64,000 nt of DNA from Candidatus Heimdallarchaeota archaeon (GTDB taxonomy: Archaea; Asgardarchaeota; Heimdallarchaeia; Hodarchaeales; Hodarchaeaceae): contig RDOB01000005.1 in NCBI GenBank assembly GCA_011364965.1, positions 147,210 through 211,209 of the forward strand, read 5' to 3'. The notes beneath the pieces were generated by a model. It was not told where the DNA came from. It did not search any database and saw only the letters and a list, made by a program, of their open reading frames with translations. The number at the start of each line of letters is the position of its first letter. Position 1 is the stretch's first letter. Of this stretch, positions 52,902 to 64,000 are shown one piece after another. The position numbers were made by a program, and so were the translations under genes.

Positions 52902-53852
52902 ATGAGTATTCTTGGTGATTTTTCTGCCTTATTGAGAACTCGGATTTGCCTGGTATCTGCCCTGATCGTGATAATCGCTGGGTATTTAACTCATAGATTG
53001 AATGTGGTTGCTAGTTCTTCTCTTACAGCTCAAACATTTTTGGATTATTTATTCAGCAATCCTATTCTCCCATTTGAAGGGATCGTGATAGGGATGATTA
53101 TTCCCTTTGCATTGGTTGCTGGAACATATGTAATGAATGATTATTTCGACTATCAGAATGATTTAGAAAACGGACGGGTAGATAGACCTCTAGTGAGAGG
53201 TGAGATTCGAATGTGGGAAGCGAAGTGGTTGTCGATCGTCTTGTTCTCTTGTTCCATTCTTATATCGTTAATAATGGTAGTTATTTATCAACTCTCTCCT
53301 CTTATTCCCCTACTTACAATTCTATTCATCGGAATTGGCATTATATACAATCTGGGAGTTAAGAAATTTGGGATTATTGGCCATTTTATGATTAGTCTAG
53401 CTTTAATGGCTCCAATTTTGCTTGGGGTTATTATTGCTGAACCTGTCTCAGAATGGGTTCTCTTAAATATGGTTATTCTTTCCCTATTTTTCCTGTTCGT
53501 GGCGTTGGGTCGAGAAACTATTAAAGATATTATAGATGTCAAAGGCGATCGAAAAGCTGGAAAACGCTCCTTTGCCATTTCCTTGGGTTTAAATTGGGCA
53601 GCTCGAATATCAGGAATAATATTTGTAATCGGAATCCTAATAGGAAGTTTATTGCTATTTCTTGCATTCAGTAGTAATTTAATTTATCTGGGAGGGTTTT
53701 TAATTGTTACTGCTTTACTCTTTTGGACAGCAATAATGATAATTCGTACGCCTGATCCTGAAACAGCCGTGAAAGCGCGAATCTATTCTCGATGGGCGTT
53801 ATGGTTGTATATATCGGTTATTTTTGTTGCGAGTCTCTTAATGACCTCGTAA
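52902..53852 (+). CDS. UbiA prenyltransferase, DGGGP synthase-like
   Basis: NDYFDYQND...DRPLVRG, YN, RETIKDIIDVKGD. Confidence 0.88.
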   Translation: MSILGDFSALLRTRICLVSALIVIIAGYLTHRLNVVASSSLTAQTFLDYLFSNPILPFEGIVIGMIIPFALVAGTYVMNDYFDYQNDLENGRVDRPLVRGEIRMWEAKWLSIVLFSCSILISLIMVVIYQLSPLIPLLTILFIGIGIIYNLGVKKFGIIGHFMISLALMAPILLGVIIAEPVSEWVLLNMVILSLFFLFVALGRETIKDIIDVKGDRKAGKRSFAISLGLNWAARISGIIFVIGILIGSLLLFLAFSSNLIYLGGFLIVTALLFWTAIMIIRTPDPETAVKARIYSRWALWLYISVIFVASLLMTS

Positions 53853-53949
53853 TGATTGATTACAGTTTATCTTCTAGATTTCTCGTCGAATTAAAACTTA
53901 TTTGCTTCCTCTAGGAACTATCGGCCATAAATAACATTGTATGCTTATA

Positions 53950-54380
53950 TGGATATCAAGGATTTAGGGATTCAGAGATTCTCCAACCCATACGACATCA
54001 GGACGATATAGAGAATTACACAGTTCGCGAAGGGGGAGAACTGGGGCTGCTTGTTGTTTAATATGGTTAAACCAATCATTTGTTCAAGCAATGGAATGGC
54101 CACATTGAACACATCGTACTTTTAGTATCTCACCCTGAACATGAAGTATCTGTGTAGATCCAACTCATTCGTGAAGATTATCGACATTCTGAGTGATGGT
54201 AGAGATATCAGCTCCTGTCTGCTCTAAATCAGCCAAAACGTGATGAGCTACATTTGGTTGCGCGTTTAAAACGAGTTCTATACGCCACTTATATCAATCC
54301 CATACCAGCTGCGGATCACGAGCAAAAGCTTGAAGAGTGGCTAGATCAGCTGGCCTGTAGTTATGCCAGAGACTCTCCTT
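53950..54380 (-). pseudogene. cobB: Sir2/CobB NAD-dependent deacylase pseudogene
   Basis: Manual translation: [29 protein letters not shown]...PNVAH...ITQNVDNLHE*VGS...CVQC...RPDVVWVGESL; stops at 54296, 54167, 54086 and 53966. Confidence 0.9.
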
Positions 54381-54559
54381 AATTATTATTCTTAGTTGAT
54401 TTTAGGTTAAGTTAACACATTATGAGGATTTTAAGCCTTAGCTAGTTCTTCATGCTTAATAAGAATCAAAGTAAAGTGGTTTATAACAGAAAAAACAAGT
54501 GACAAAATGTCTCTTAATACATAAAAAGCTTTTAAATTCTAAAGGCGAATTAAAGCACC

Positions 54560-55342
54560 ATGCAAAAACTAAATAATTTCTTAACTGATTTACAAGTGGT
54601 TAAGTGTTGTGCTATCGCTGCTATAATTATCTGGATTGGTGGGGTAATAACTGCACTTTTGATTGGGCAACTAGATCCTGTTGGACCTTCTTATGATCCT
54701 GCGGGATTTAATCCAGCTATTAATTACATAAGTGACCTGGGGAACCAAGATCTTACACCAATGCCCATTATCATCAATTGGGCCATGATAAACACTGGTC
54801 TATTATTAATTCCTGTATCGTTACACCTGCGAAAATTTCTCATTGGGGATGAGTCAAAAGTATTGCGGAAAGTACTAGTAAATTTCTCAGTAGTTTGTAT
54901 GTTAATAGCAATGGTAGGATTAGTTTTAACAGGCGTAATTTCTGAAGATGTTGGAGAAGTATGGGACAAAATTTTTCCAATTGGGTATCCGTGGCATGAC
55001 CTTGTCGCTGATTTCGCTTTTACTTTTTTCATGATTGCTGGAGTTCTGATATCTACGCAATGTATACTTTATCATGATATTCTTGAGGAAAAAATCGGCG
55101 TATCAAATCCAAAACGAATACAAATTATTTATATCATTAATTCGTGGATTTTAATTCCAATAAGCTTTTACATGTTTTATACTGTTCCTTATTTATGGTA
55201 CACGGATCATTTTTGGACATTTTTGCCTTGGTGGCAATGGGCTCCAGTATGGGAATGGCTATTGATGATCTCAATTAGTTTCTGGTTAACTTCAGCATGT
55301 ATCTTAACGGTAAAACAGATCAATCGAGACTTTCTTAACTAG
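54560..55342 (+). CDS. DUF998-like membrane protein
   Basis: GFNPAINYISDLG, GVISED...H, WEW. Confidence 0.7.
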   Translation: MQKLNNFLTDLQVVKCCAIAAIIIWIGGVITALLIGQLDPVGPSYDPAGFNPAINYISDLGNQDLTPMPIIINWAMINTGLLLIPVSLHLRKFLIGDESKVLRKVLVNFSVVCMLIAMVGLVLTGVISEDVGEVWDKIFPIGYPWHDLVADFAFTFFMIAGVLISTQCILYHDILEEKIGVSNPKRIQIIYIINSWILIPISFYMFYTVPYLWYTDHFWTFLPWWQWAPVWEWLLMISISFWLTSACILTVKQINRDFLN

Positions 55343-55453
55343 GATCTTTTTGACTTTTTATGGCCAGTCTTCATTAGAGCTTATATTTGCACTCCTATAA
55401 AATGTTAAAAGGAATAACTGTGAGGAGGGAAGTTAAAGGGAAATGAAGTTCAG

Positions 55454-56449
55454 ATGAGAGAAAAAGAACTACGAAAGAAACTAAGCGTAGGACTCCTCAT
55501 CTTATTCATCGTTTTAACTATTCTATTTGATCTTCAAGTTCCAGCAGTGAGACAATATTCATTAAATTTCGCTTCAGCAAAAATCCTCCGTCCTGCAGAT
55601 CTTGTGTTCCTCGGGGGAGCAGGCTCTTTCGAAAATCGCGCCTATGTCAACGGAACCCAGTATTTTACTCTATGTAAGTGGTTAGTAAGTGATGAATGGT
55701 TTTTTTACACCTTTAATCTTAATAATAAGATTGATAAATTTAAATCGATCCCTTTTCCTAGGGAGAAAGTAAGTAATGAGACTCATTATTACTTTCATGG
55801 ATTAACATACTCAAACGGCTTATTTTACACCATAGGATGTGATTTCTGGCGAAATCATACATTGATACGCTTTTCTATGGACATGAGCTATTTTGAGGTG
55901 TCATTTCTCCCAATCCCCGAATTATATCTCTCTATGGATGAAGTAACGAGTAGTAATACAAGTACATACTATCATAAAGTTGGGGGAATTGGGGTCGTAC
56001 AGAAAACTCTGTGGATTTATATGTGTGGATATCGTCCACCCTACCTCACTCTTACCTACTGCAAGATGTATGGCATTAATCTTGAACATAATGAATTACT
56101 AACCTCTTATAATCTAGTAGCACCTTTAAGACATCATACCTGTATGGATGAAAAAGGGATCTTCTGGTTTTATTATCGAAATGACACAATCAACGGAACA
56201 AAATATTCAGAGGGAACCCTGATAGGATATGACTTCTCAAAGCCTGCAATTGTCGCTACAATCAAAGGAAACATACACAAGTTTGTGAAGAGTCAAAACT
56301 GGTATAATACAAAACTGGGGATGGCGTATTGTAGCTTTGATTATAAGAATATCGTCATTCATAACAATAGAGTCATTTTTGATGACAATCCAGCCTTCAG
56401 CAATTACGAACATCACTTTAATGGATTCTACATCATCCCATTTTTCTGA
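55454..56449 (+). CDS. Secreted or N-anchored hypothetical protein, possible beta-propeller
   Basis: N-terminal TM; beta-rich with HGLTYSNG and GGIG..LW blade-like segments. Confidence 0.55.
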   Translation: MREKELRKKLSVGLLILFIVLTILFDLQVPAVRQYSLNFASAKILRPADLVFLGGAGSFENRAYVNGTQYFTLCKWLVSDEWFFYTFNLNNKIDKFKSIPFPREKVSNETHYYFHGLTYSNGLFYTIGCDFWRNHTLIRFSMDMSYFEVSFLPIPELYLSMDEVTSSNTSTYYHKVGGIGVVQKTLWIYMCGYRPPYLTLTYCKMYGINLEHNELLTSYNLVAPLRHHTCMDEKGIFWFYYRNDTINGTKYSEGTLIGYDFSKPAIVATIKGNIHKFVKSQNWYNTKLGMAYCSFDYKNIVIHNNRVIFDDNPAFSNYEHHFNGFYIIPFF

Positions 56450-56487
56450 AATACTCCCTAAAAATAAATCTAGAAAGGAGAACAAAT

Positions 56488-56519
56488 AAATAGCGAAATA
56501 GCGAAATAACGAAATAGCT
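56488..56519. repeat. Four tandem copies of the 8-mer AAATAGCG (two imperfect)
   Basis: AAATAGCG AAATAGCG AAATAACG AAATAGCT between convergent genes. Confidence 0.8.
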
Positions 56520-56607
56520 AATAATAAGATCTACTCGCTAGAATTTATCAGAGAATGGATTGTTAGAAATTAGCTGAAGACGATTACAATAATAGCATTC
56601 ATGGATG

Positions 56608-57554
56608 TTACGAACTCGATTTATTTCGGTTTTTTTTGTGCACAATGATTGATAAGGAACTGATTACTAATACAGGAGGAAGTAAAATAAAAAAATTCCA
56701 ATTTATTGAGGCAGGGTCACTTATAGACGATATTTCATCCCCAAAATTTATATATCTTCTAGTGATATTTTGACCTGCTTCGTAGTTAATTATGTGCAAT
56801 ACTGGTCCAGTATTGTAGTATTGTATAAACTGATTAGTTCGTGGATCCAAAAGTAAGGGGCTATCTACGTCAGGTGAAGCCACAAATTCCAATCCGTTGT
56901 CTATGGAGAAACGGTAATAACCACTTGAGGGAATATCATATAACAGCGGATTAAAATCATAGATAAAATACAAAAGTCTTTCTTCATCCGATATATAAGC
57001 AATTTCTCCCGTATGCCACCAACCACCAAGGTCATTGATTTGACAGGTACTAGTATTGAGAGACAGGCTAATCGAACTCCAACCAAGGGGTGGCAGATAA
57101 AGCATAAGAAAAGCTGTATCAAGGATTTCACTAACAAAGAAACAATATTTCTCGGTATAATTGACCTCTATTCCAGTCAAATTTAAATTATCTATATTAA
57201 AAATTGCTATAAGATTACCTGAATTGGTATAAAGATTCCATTTTGTAACATTATCCGTCAAAGTGAAATTAGAAGTATAGGGTTGACCAATCGTGGGGAT
57301 TGGTGGTTGCTCGATTTGTTTCAACTGAGTATCAGCTATATTTTTAATAATTTTCTCATTCTCTATATCATTAGAACATCAAGCGAAGAACCAGATTTAA
57401 AAATGATATCTACATAAAATAAATTAGTATCTGAAGTAAATCGTAGATTAGAAAAGTGTGGATAATTAGGAGGAGGATAGGTACATTTCGAGTAAGTCCC
57501 TGTACCAATGAAAAAGAAAAATAGAATTAATCCAAGTGAATGGTATTTCTTCAA
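56608..57554 (-). pseudogene. Surface protein (signal peptide plus C-terminal TM/basic tail), frameshifted near 57370
   Basis: Upstream ORF has a signal peptide; the downstream frame is open from about 57378 (DIENEKIIKNIADTQLKQ...) to the TM-KKNRNK tail. Confidence 0.6.
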
Positions 57555-57744
57555 TCACATATTCCCCTCAATTCAGCAGATTCTATATATATCCAAGAAG
57601 TTATGTGATTTTTTCAATATAAAGTTTTAGATAAAGTAGCAAATAGATGGACTACTAATGGATTTAGATAGGATTACTCAGGATAACATCAAGAGGAACA
57701 GATTTCTACAAACAAATTCATGTGAAGAAACATTTGAAATCACC

Positions 57745-58593
57745 TCACGACATATCTCGTGCAAACTTAATAGCATCATGAGGACAAATGTCTAGACATC
57801 GATTACAATAATAGCATTCACCTTTTAGACTATCTCGATACGCCTCTTGGGTGGGGCAAATTTGTTCACATAATTTGCAATCCGTACATGCAATCGTGCG
57901 GATGTACTTTTGTTCAGAAAAGCGTGCGATGAAGGCTGAGCCCGCGCCAAAAGGACAGAGAAATCTACACCAAGGACGATAAAGGAAAATACTTGTGACC
58001 GATACAAGACTAAATGCAATAAAGGGCAAGGTGAGTACAAAAGAGTTTATATTGTGAAGGTTTGAAAAACCAGTGAACGGATTTAGCTCTTCTAATAGAA
58101 TCCAATTAAACATAGATGCAAGAAAAAAGAGGGACGCTACAAAAATCCATCTAATACGTGTAGCAAACTTTGTAGGGAGGTCTATTCTGAATTTTACATT
58201 CTTTTGCCTCTCCATATCAGACTTAAAGCTAAGGAATGACAACAACTCCTGCCATGCACCAAGAGGACAAGCATAAGCACAAAAAACTCTTCCAGCGAGA
58301 AAAGCGGTTAAAAATAAAAGACTAAGAATCATCCATGTGGGGATAAGGAATAGAACGATTTGTTTTGCTCCAAGGGCGATTAAAGTTTGCTGAATAGGCA
58401 TCAGGGGGTTGGGTAATCCCCCAAAGATGATCCCAAGGAAGAATGTAACAACTAAGATGGAAATCCTAGCTCTTTTCGTCAATGATTTACTGCTTATTAA
58501 AGAAATCCCAAATAGACAGATGATAAGCCAGTAAAAGATCATGGGTATACCAATTGTATAATTAAAGGGTAAAGGGCGCTCCTGAGCTAGCAT
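57745..58593 (-). CDS. Membrane-bound 4Fe-4S protein (NapH/MauN/YccM-like)
   Basis: GRVFCAYACPLG, RPWCRFLCPFG, two CxxCxxCxxxCP motifs. Confidence 0.9.
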   Translation of the reverse strand: MLAQERPLPFNYTIGIPMIFYWLIICLFGISLISSKSLTKRARISILVVTFFLGIIFGGLPNPLMPIQQTLIALGAKQIVLFLIPTWMILSLLFLTAFLAGRVFCAYACPLGAWQELLSFLSFKSDMERQKNVKFRIDLPTKFATRIRWIFVASLFFLASMFNWILLEELNPFTGFSNLHNINSFVLTLPFIAFSLVSVTSIFLYRPWCRFLCPFGAGSAFIARFSEQKYIRTIACTDCKLCEQICPTQEAYRDSLKGECYYCNRCLDICPHDAIKFARDMS

Positions 58594-59011
58594 ACGTGAT
58601 CACTCCATATTCGGAAAAAAATACATATTGAAAAAAGTATTCAAATACTATTTCTCACGAGGAAATCTCAACGCTATTAGCTTTTAGGTATCTAGTAAAA
58701 AAAAGTGAGTATAAAACGTGGAATGATGCCCCTTTTGACAATTTTAATACCTTCAACCAGGTAAATTGATGAATACTCTTTTTTTCTTTTAATTATTGAA
58801 CTGAAAAGAATTGAAAGAAACGACATCTTTACCAACAGTTTGCGATAATGTGGTTTCAGCATGTTTTATTAGAGTGAGCGTAGGAGTTGGATCCTATGGG
58901 AATAATGTAATCGAGAATTCTCTCAAGGAAATAATCAAAAAATTCACATTACGAGATCTCAGCAGGATAACCACGCGTTAATAGTTAGAATCAGGCTATA
59001 GAGCAATTTTT

Positions 59012-60910
59012 CTACGTTTTTCGATGTCTAAATCCTACAATAAATAGAATCAGATAGATAACTACTGTTGAGGTCGCTAATCCAGGTACCGAAGTATTTG
59101 TTCCCCCTCGATTATCCTGGATATAGATGGATTCTAGTTCTAGAAGATTCAGTGGATATAAATATCCGCTGGATAATTCCAAGGATAAAACCAAGGGTTT
59201 TTTAGCTAAGAGAATACTGGATGTACTAGGTATGGTAGTATTACTCCAAATCCAAACCAAAACATCTTCTCCACCAGTTAATGTAATACGGAAGGGAACT
59301 TTTGCAGGATAAACTGATACTCCAGATTGTTTTACTGTAATCGATAAATTATATCCCGCTGCTGTAGTATCTTCTAGTTGCGTAGAAACAAGCTCCACTC
59401 TTGGAATAAATCCCTCATTAAACCATGGTAAAAACCAATCGATATTTTGAAAATAATTAAAACACTCAATGAGATTCATGAAGGTAGCAATCTGGAAACT
59501 ATATTGCGAATAAAATCGTCTCAGACCATTGAAGAAATACTCATCGCCTATGTAAGTACGAAGCAAATGGAGTACAGATGGGGCTTTATGATATGCTGCC
59601 TCCCAATAGTAGTTCGGATTCAAGTTGTTTTCGAGAATATAGTTGATCGACCTGTTTATGATTAATCCCTCTGGAAATTGCGATTCATTACTCGTATTAG
59701 CCGTTCGCCAGAGATGTTCCTCAAAGAACCCAGTCCAACCATATCGTTCTTCAGAATAGTACCAATGATTATAGCAGACTATTCCTTCATCAAGAAAACC
59801 TTCATCAATTTGATCATTTCCTACAACAGCATAAAACCATTGATGAGCAATTTCATGCGCTATGGTAGTTTCAAACCAAACGTTACCAGTTTCAATATAG
59901 ATCAATCCTGGCCATTCCATTCCATTGTAAAAACCAAAAGTCGTAGCAACTGCAAATGAAGAATAAGGATATGAACCATACAAATTGGTATATAATTCCA
60001 ACGAGTACATCGTAACATCCAGAGCAAAGGAGCTCCAATTTCCCGCGTCACGAGGTAGGTAGTAGATATTAATTAGGATCGAATTAAAAACACCATTTTC
60101 GGTGATATAATCAGGACTAATCGCGAAACTAAAGTCCCGCGCGTTAAGTAATTGATATTGGTATTCAATTTGGTTATCAAATTCTGGTCCTTGCCCCACT
60201 AACATACCTGAAGAAGCAACAATAAATGTTGATGGGACGGTCAAGTTTACAAAATAATTTGCTACATCAGAGTAAAATGGATCACCAATAAAATACTGGG
60301 GTTCTAGATTCCATCCATCATCATCGAAGACAGCTAATATTGGATAATAGTTGCAGAGGGCATAAACTAACCCGTTAGTCGGATCATCTTTATAACATAG
60401 CCGGAAAGACTCGTTATTTGTAATTGCAGTTTCAAATTCCATCCTTAGGGAAAAAGTTTCAGCAGGAAGCAGAGGGTAAGGAAGAGTGAGATTTAGTAAT
60501 TGATCGCTAATAGAATAGTCTAAATCCTGTAATTGATCTTTTGTTTTCACTGTATTAATAAGTAAGCATCCAGGGACTGCTTCATTTATAGCTGCGTTTG
60601 GGTAAAGATGAAAATAAAGTCTGTTGATGTTGATATTTTCATTATTAACATAATCTAAAATTAATGTCCCAGTAAGATAATGAATACTTGAATTTAAAAC
60701 TAAATCAAGTATATAATTTGTAAGATTATCAGAAAAGGTTGGAGTTTCAAGAACATCTGTAGTCTTAGTAGAATTGGTAATTTTATCAATCTTGGGTTGT
60801 ATGTTCCCATATTTGTTAAATACACTCGTTGAGGATGTAAATATAGGCGCATTAAATGTTAATGGTAAAATTATCAGGACAATGAATATTAAATGATGTG
60901 TAAATTTCAT
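59012..60910 (-). CDS. Surface M1-family (gluzincin) aminopeptidase
   Basis: GMEWPG, HEIAHQWF...DEG, Y.KA; signal peptide and VPGL-TM-RHRK tail. Confidence 0.9.
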   Translation of the reverse strand: MKFTHHLIFIVLIILPLTFNAPIFTSSTSVFNKYGNIQPKIDKITNSTKTTDVLETPTFSDNLTNYILDLVLNSSIHYLTGTLILDYVNNENININRLYFHLYPNAAINEAVPGCLLINTVKTKDQLQDLDYSISDQLLNLTLPYPLLPAETFSLRMEFETAITNNESFRLCYKDDPTNGLVYALCNYYPILAVFDDDGWNLEPQYFIGDPFYSDVANYFVNLTVPSTFIVASSGMLVGQGPEFDNQIEYQYQLLNARDFSFAISPDYITENGVFNSILINIYYLPRDAGNWSSFALDVTMYSLELYTNLYGSYPYSSFAVATTFGFYNGMEWPGLIYIETGNVWFETTIAHEIAHQWFYAVVGNDQIDEGFLDEGIVCYNHWYYSEERYGWTGFFEEHLWRTANTSNESQFPEGLIINRSINYILENNLNPNYYWEAAYHKAPSVLHLLRTYIGDEYFFNGLRRFYSQYSFQIATFMNLIECFNYFQNIDWFLPWFNEGFIPRVELVSTQLEDTTAAGYNLSITVKQSGVSVYPAKVPFRITLTGGEDVLVWIWSNTTIPSTSSILLAKKPLVLSLELSSGYLYPLNLLELESIYIQDNRGGTNTSVPGLATSTVVIYLILFIVGFRHRKT

Positions 60911-61186
60911 ATGAGAATCACTTAATCAAAACGTGTATTTAAATCAAAAACGGATAGCGTGTTGCTTGGCTATTCTTTGATTTATAATTTTATATCAGGG
61001 AAAATAAAAAAGCTACGAATAATGCAGAGAGAACAAGTTTCTATAAGTCAAATTTTTACCTTTTGACTTGAGGTCAACTAATACCGACAATACTATAGTC
61101 TGCATGGATTGATCACAATCAATCCATATTTTATTACACTTTTTTTCCCAAACTGAATCTGGAATACTATTAATATACTCTACAAT

Positions 61187-61426
61187 TCAGTCAAGTCCCC
61201 AGTATTGTTTTTCTGGCTGATAATTTTGAATATTTAGTTGATATAGAGTCCACAAGGTCGTTTTATTTGAACTTATGAGACAAATAATGCTTCTAGATCC
61301 CGAAAGACCGTACTTAAACCATATACTTTCAAGTAAATCGAATTCAATTGGCACTCCAAGACTATCACCTAAAGCTAAACCAAAGTAACACCCTTGGATC
61401 CTTTTCTTGTTAATAATAGTTTTCAC
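61187..61426 (-). pseudogene. ADP-ribosylglycohydrolase N-terminal fragment
   Basis: KRIQGCYFGLALGDSLGVPIEF...I..KYG, then homology is lost (no TDD motif). Confidence 0.75.
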
Positions 61427-61463
61427 TTTTGAGAAGAATTGAAATTAATAGTCAATTTTTCTC

Positions 61464-61688
61464 TCATTTCTTTCGATCGACTTTCTTTCTTAATTCCCGG
61501 ATACAAAAGTAGTTATACCCATTTAAAACCATTAGAATAATTAAAAGTATTGACATCACAGTCATTGGAGACGGCGCTATTCCACCAGCTAATATACCCA
61601 AGATAAGTCCCATTATAATAAATATGATGATCGTTAAACCTAAGCTCTTTAACCAATTAATAATTGACTCAATATCACTCTCTTTCAT
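61464..61688 (-). CDS. Small 2-TM membrane protein
   Basis: Two hydrophobic helices and a basic tail; GAGGG upstream. Confidence 0.55.
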   Translation of the reverse strand: MKESDIESIINWLKSLGLTIIIFIIMGLILGILAGGIAPSPMTVMSILLIILMVLNGYNYFCIRELRKKVDRKK

Positions 61689-62892
61689 ATTTTGCCCTCA
61701 GATTATTCTCAATTTTCGTTTTAAATTCTTCATAATCTATTAAAAGAATTTCTAGTAAACTTTGTCATCATCCCTCGATAAGTTAATTGGTAGCTATCTA
61801 TAATATTCGTAGGGAAAGAAGTCATCAAGAGCCACTTGACGACAGTTGCAGAAAATTTGTCAATAGGGTACCATACGGTGACAGTTGAGGTGAAAGTGAG
61901 CAGTGGAACAGGACAGTTTAACAATCCCTCCTTATTGATATTCCAAATATAATAAGGATCCATTTTAATAATGGAAAGAATGAAAGGGTTAGATTGAGGG
62001 GTTTTATAGCACGTAGTGAATTATCTAAATCATTTATAAATATATCGATTATACTCCACATAAATTCGGAATTTATGAAGAATATACTCTACCTATATAA
62101 GGAGGAAGATCTTGAAGAAGCCAAATCACGCTAATTCATACATAAAAAAGAAGTGGTAACTGATAACATGCTGTCTAATTCTACTTCAATAGGTAAAAGA
62201 CAGGCAAATTTCTATTGTGATCAAACGAATATAGGAAGATTTACTCAAAAAAAATTAGCAAACTAATATCGTTTGCATTCACCCACCATTTAAACAGGAA
62301 ATTATAAGCATTTCAATAGCCATAACTTAAATACTCTACCAAAAAAAAATTATAAGTTTTGATGAGATGTTATACTAAATTAATGCTAACTGAGAAGGGA
62401 AAGCAAAAATCACCTATTTTTTCTTTCCTTAGGACTATATCATCTACTCTGGATGGCAAATAACGGTGAAAAGATTATGCAGCAGATTGTGTCTGCATAG
62501 ATTGATCAAAATTGGGGTGTTTTCGTTCAACTAAAGGAATGAGGAGAGGATGTGCGTGTTGTATACTTTCTCTCTAAATCATACTCAGATAATAAATCCA
62601 GATTGAAGTAAAGGATTCCATCAGAATCCAAGAATTCACTCTAGAAACTCTAAGGTGTAATTACCTCAATCTTTCCCTCTGGATTTCCAACACGAATTTT
62701 CTGATCTGAAATATCATCAATCTGGTTCCATCTACCAACCTTAACACATGAATAATCTTAAAAAGTTTAGAATCAAGAGCTATGGAGGTGAGTTGTATAA
62801 TGTAGATCAGATACATTGAGGGTTCCACCGTTTGAAATTGTGCCTTTTTTTCGAAAAACATTATTCAGCTCATCTTGGAAGTGGTGAAATAG

Positions 62893-63487
62893 ATGAAAAA
62901 GCAGAAAATTAAATTAAAAATTTTCATTTTACTAATCTCTCTATTGATAATCCAGGGCTTTTCCATAAATTCTGTAGCTGCAGCAACATATAGTGAAATC
63001 CTCTCTCCAGTGGATGAGTGGATGTGGTACACAGACCATACACCATTTGGTAAAGTCGCATGGTATAGTATTGATGATCTATATATGAAAGCATGGCCAT
63101 ATTTATGGTTCTTTGATGGATGGGCAAAAGCTGTGTGGGATACTTGGTACGGAGGAACTGATCCTGAATATGCTGATTATTTCACTCCGATAAAAAGTCT
63201 TTCCGAAGCAGAACTTCGTATCACTTATACCATTAAAGGAATATATAAAGATAGCGGGCCAGATAGATTCTATTTCTATTATGCCTTGTATTGGGTCAAC
63301 TTTTACAGGAACGACCTACTATCATACTTTTACTACCGGTGCACTTCAAAAGGATCAGCACTATTATCTTAGATGCGAAATTTTTCTGAAAGGAGCAGAA
63401 AATACACAAGACTTCTATGATGGCCCAAATGGACCAATTGCGCTTCAAGAGGCTCAATTAAAAGAATATCCTTGGTGGTATCCGTAG
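62893..63487 (+). pseudogene. Secreted aromatic-rich protein, frameshifted near 63290
   Basis: Clear signal peptide; overlapping ORF 63281-63487 continues the protein-like sequence. Confidence 0.55.
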
Positions 63488-63655
63488 ATTAAATCCAAAT
63501 CGCGAGGTACATTATTAGATATCCAAGCTAATCAATATCAAGGGATATAAGTTCTGATTAGCAACCTTAATTCATTGTTTTGATTCCTCCCCTCTTTCTT
63601 TTTTTCATCTAATTAATTGAGAATATCAGGCGTATCCTGAAAAAAGGAGGAGAAT

Positions 63656-64000
63656 TCAAGGAGTGAGTCTCCATGTTGCTGAATACTCAAACAAATACCC
63701 CGAATATTCAAGGGAATAACCGATGTGCATTTGGCTTAGAAGGCCAGTATCCATATAGATGAACGATAGCCCACAGATAATGGTTAGATTGTCAGGAGTC
63801 GTTAACTTATCGTTTGAATAGATAATAAAGGGGGAGGTAGAGAAAGAAGCTATTTCAAGGGGCATATTCAGAATCAACGAAGTACTGGTGTTAAACACGG
63901 GTACCACCGAAAGCTATTCGAAGAAATAGAGAAAAAGCGGGGAAGTCTGACTTAATGAAAGATTGGTGATCTTAATGGGAGGAGTAAAGCTTGCAAGATT
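63656..64000 (-). pseudogene. 3' end of a hypothetical gene with an in-frame TAG
   Basis: Frame is open from the window end except for TAG at 63916-63914 (FLYFFE*LSVVPVF). Confidence 0.45.

Noticed and set aside
52902-53852. UbiA as part of the cyclase pathway
   Set aside because: It is more than 23 kb away, and its motifs fit an ordinary archaeal ether-lipid DGGGP synthase-like enzyme.
53950-54380. Recoded functional sirtuin
   Set aside because: It has a TAA stop as well as TGAs, has lost the catalytic His and a Zn ligand, and lacks the N-terminal GAGxS motif.
56488-56519. CRISPR array
   Set aside because: These are 8-nt tandem units with no spacers, and there are no cas genes.
1-64000. 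Genome-wide UGA=Trp reassignment
   Set aside because: Many conserved full-length genes end in TGA (for example the oxidoreductase at 19485, tsaA, and ATGA overlaps), and TGG is used freely.

Overview
AT-rich archaeal DNA, most consistent with an Asgard archaeon of the Heimdallarchaeia/Hodarchaeales type. This is inferred from a Rab-like small GTPase, PGF-like C-terminal sorting signals, archaemetzincin, a TET peptidase, a DGGGP-synthase-like UbiA and short-class MCPs. The window is mostly accessory metabolism and transport: a MacB-like ABC pair, an Opp/Dpp operon, MFS, GNATs, hydrolases and peptidases. It also holds many broken genes that the ORF track splits or misses. I saw no rRNA, tRNA, CRISPR array or transposase. 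The most notable region is about 22.8-29.4 kb, which has three parts. (1) A class II terpene cyclase-like gene (QW repeats, DxDTT motif) lies 12 nt upstream of a membrane-embedded methyl-accepting chemoreceptor. (2) That pair converges on a tandem Lrp/AsnC-like regulator. (3) The regulator is divergent from an unannotated 48-aa secreted-type peptide ending in PPNSPPPPGF, which heads two degenerate histidine-kinase-like genes and a Zn-finger ORF with an in-frame UGA at a CxxC position. This may be an undescribed terpenoid/peptide signalling locus, but that is inference. All family calls come from motif recognition by eye; no searches were run.
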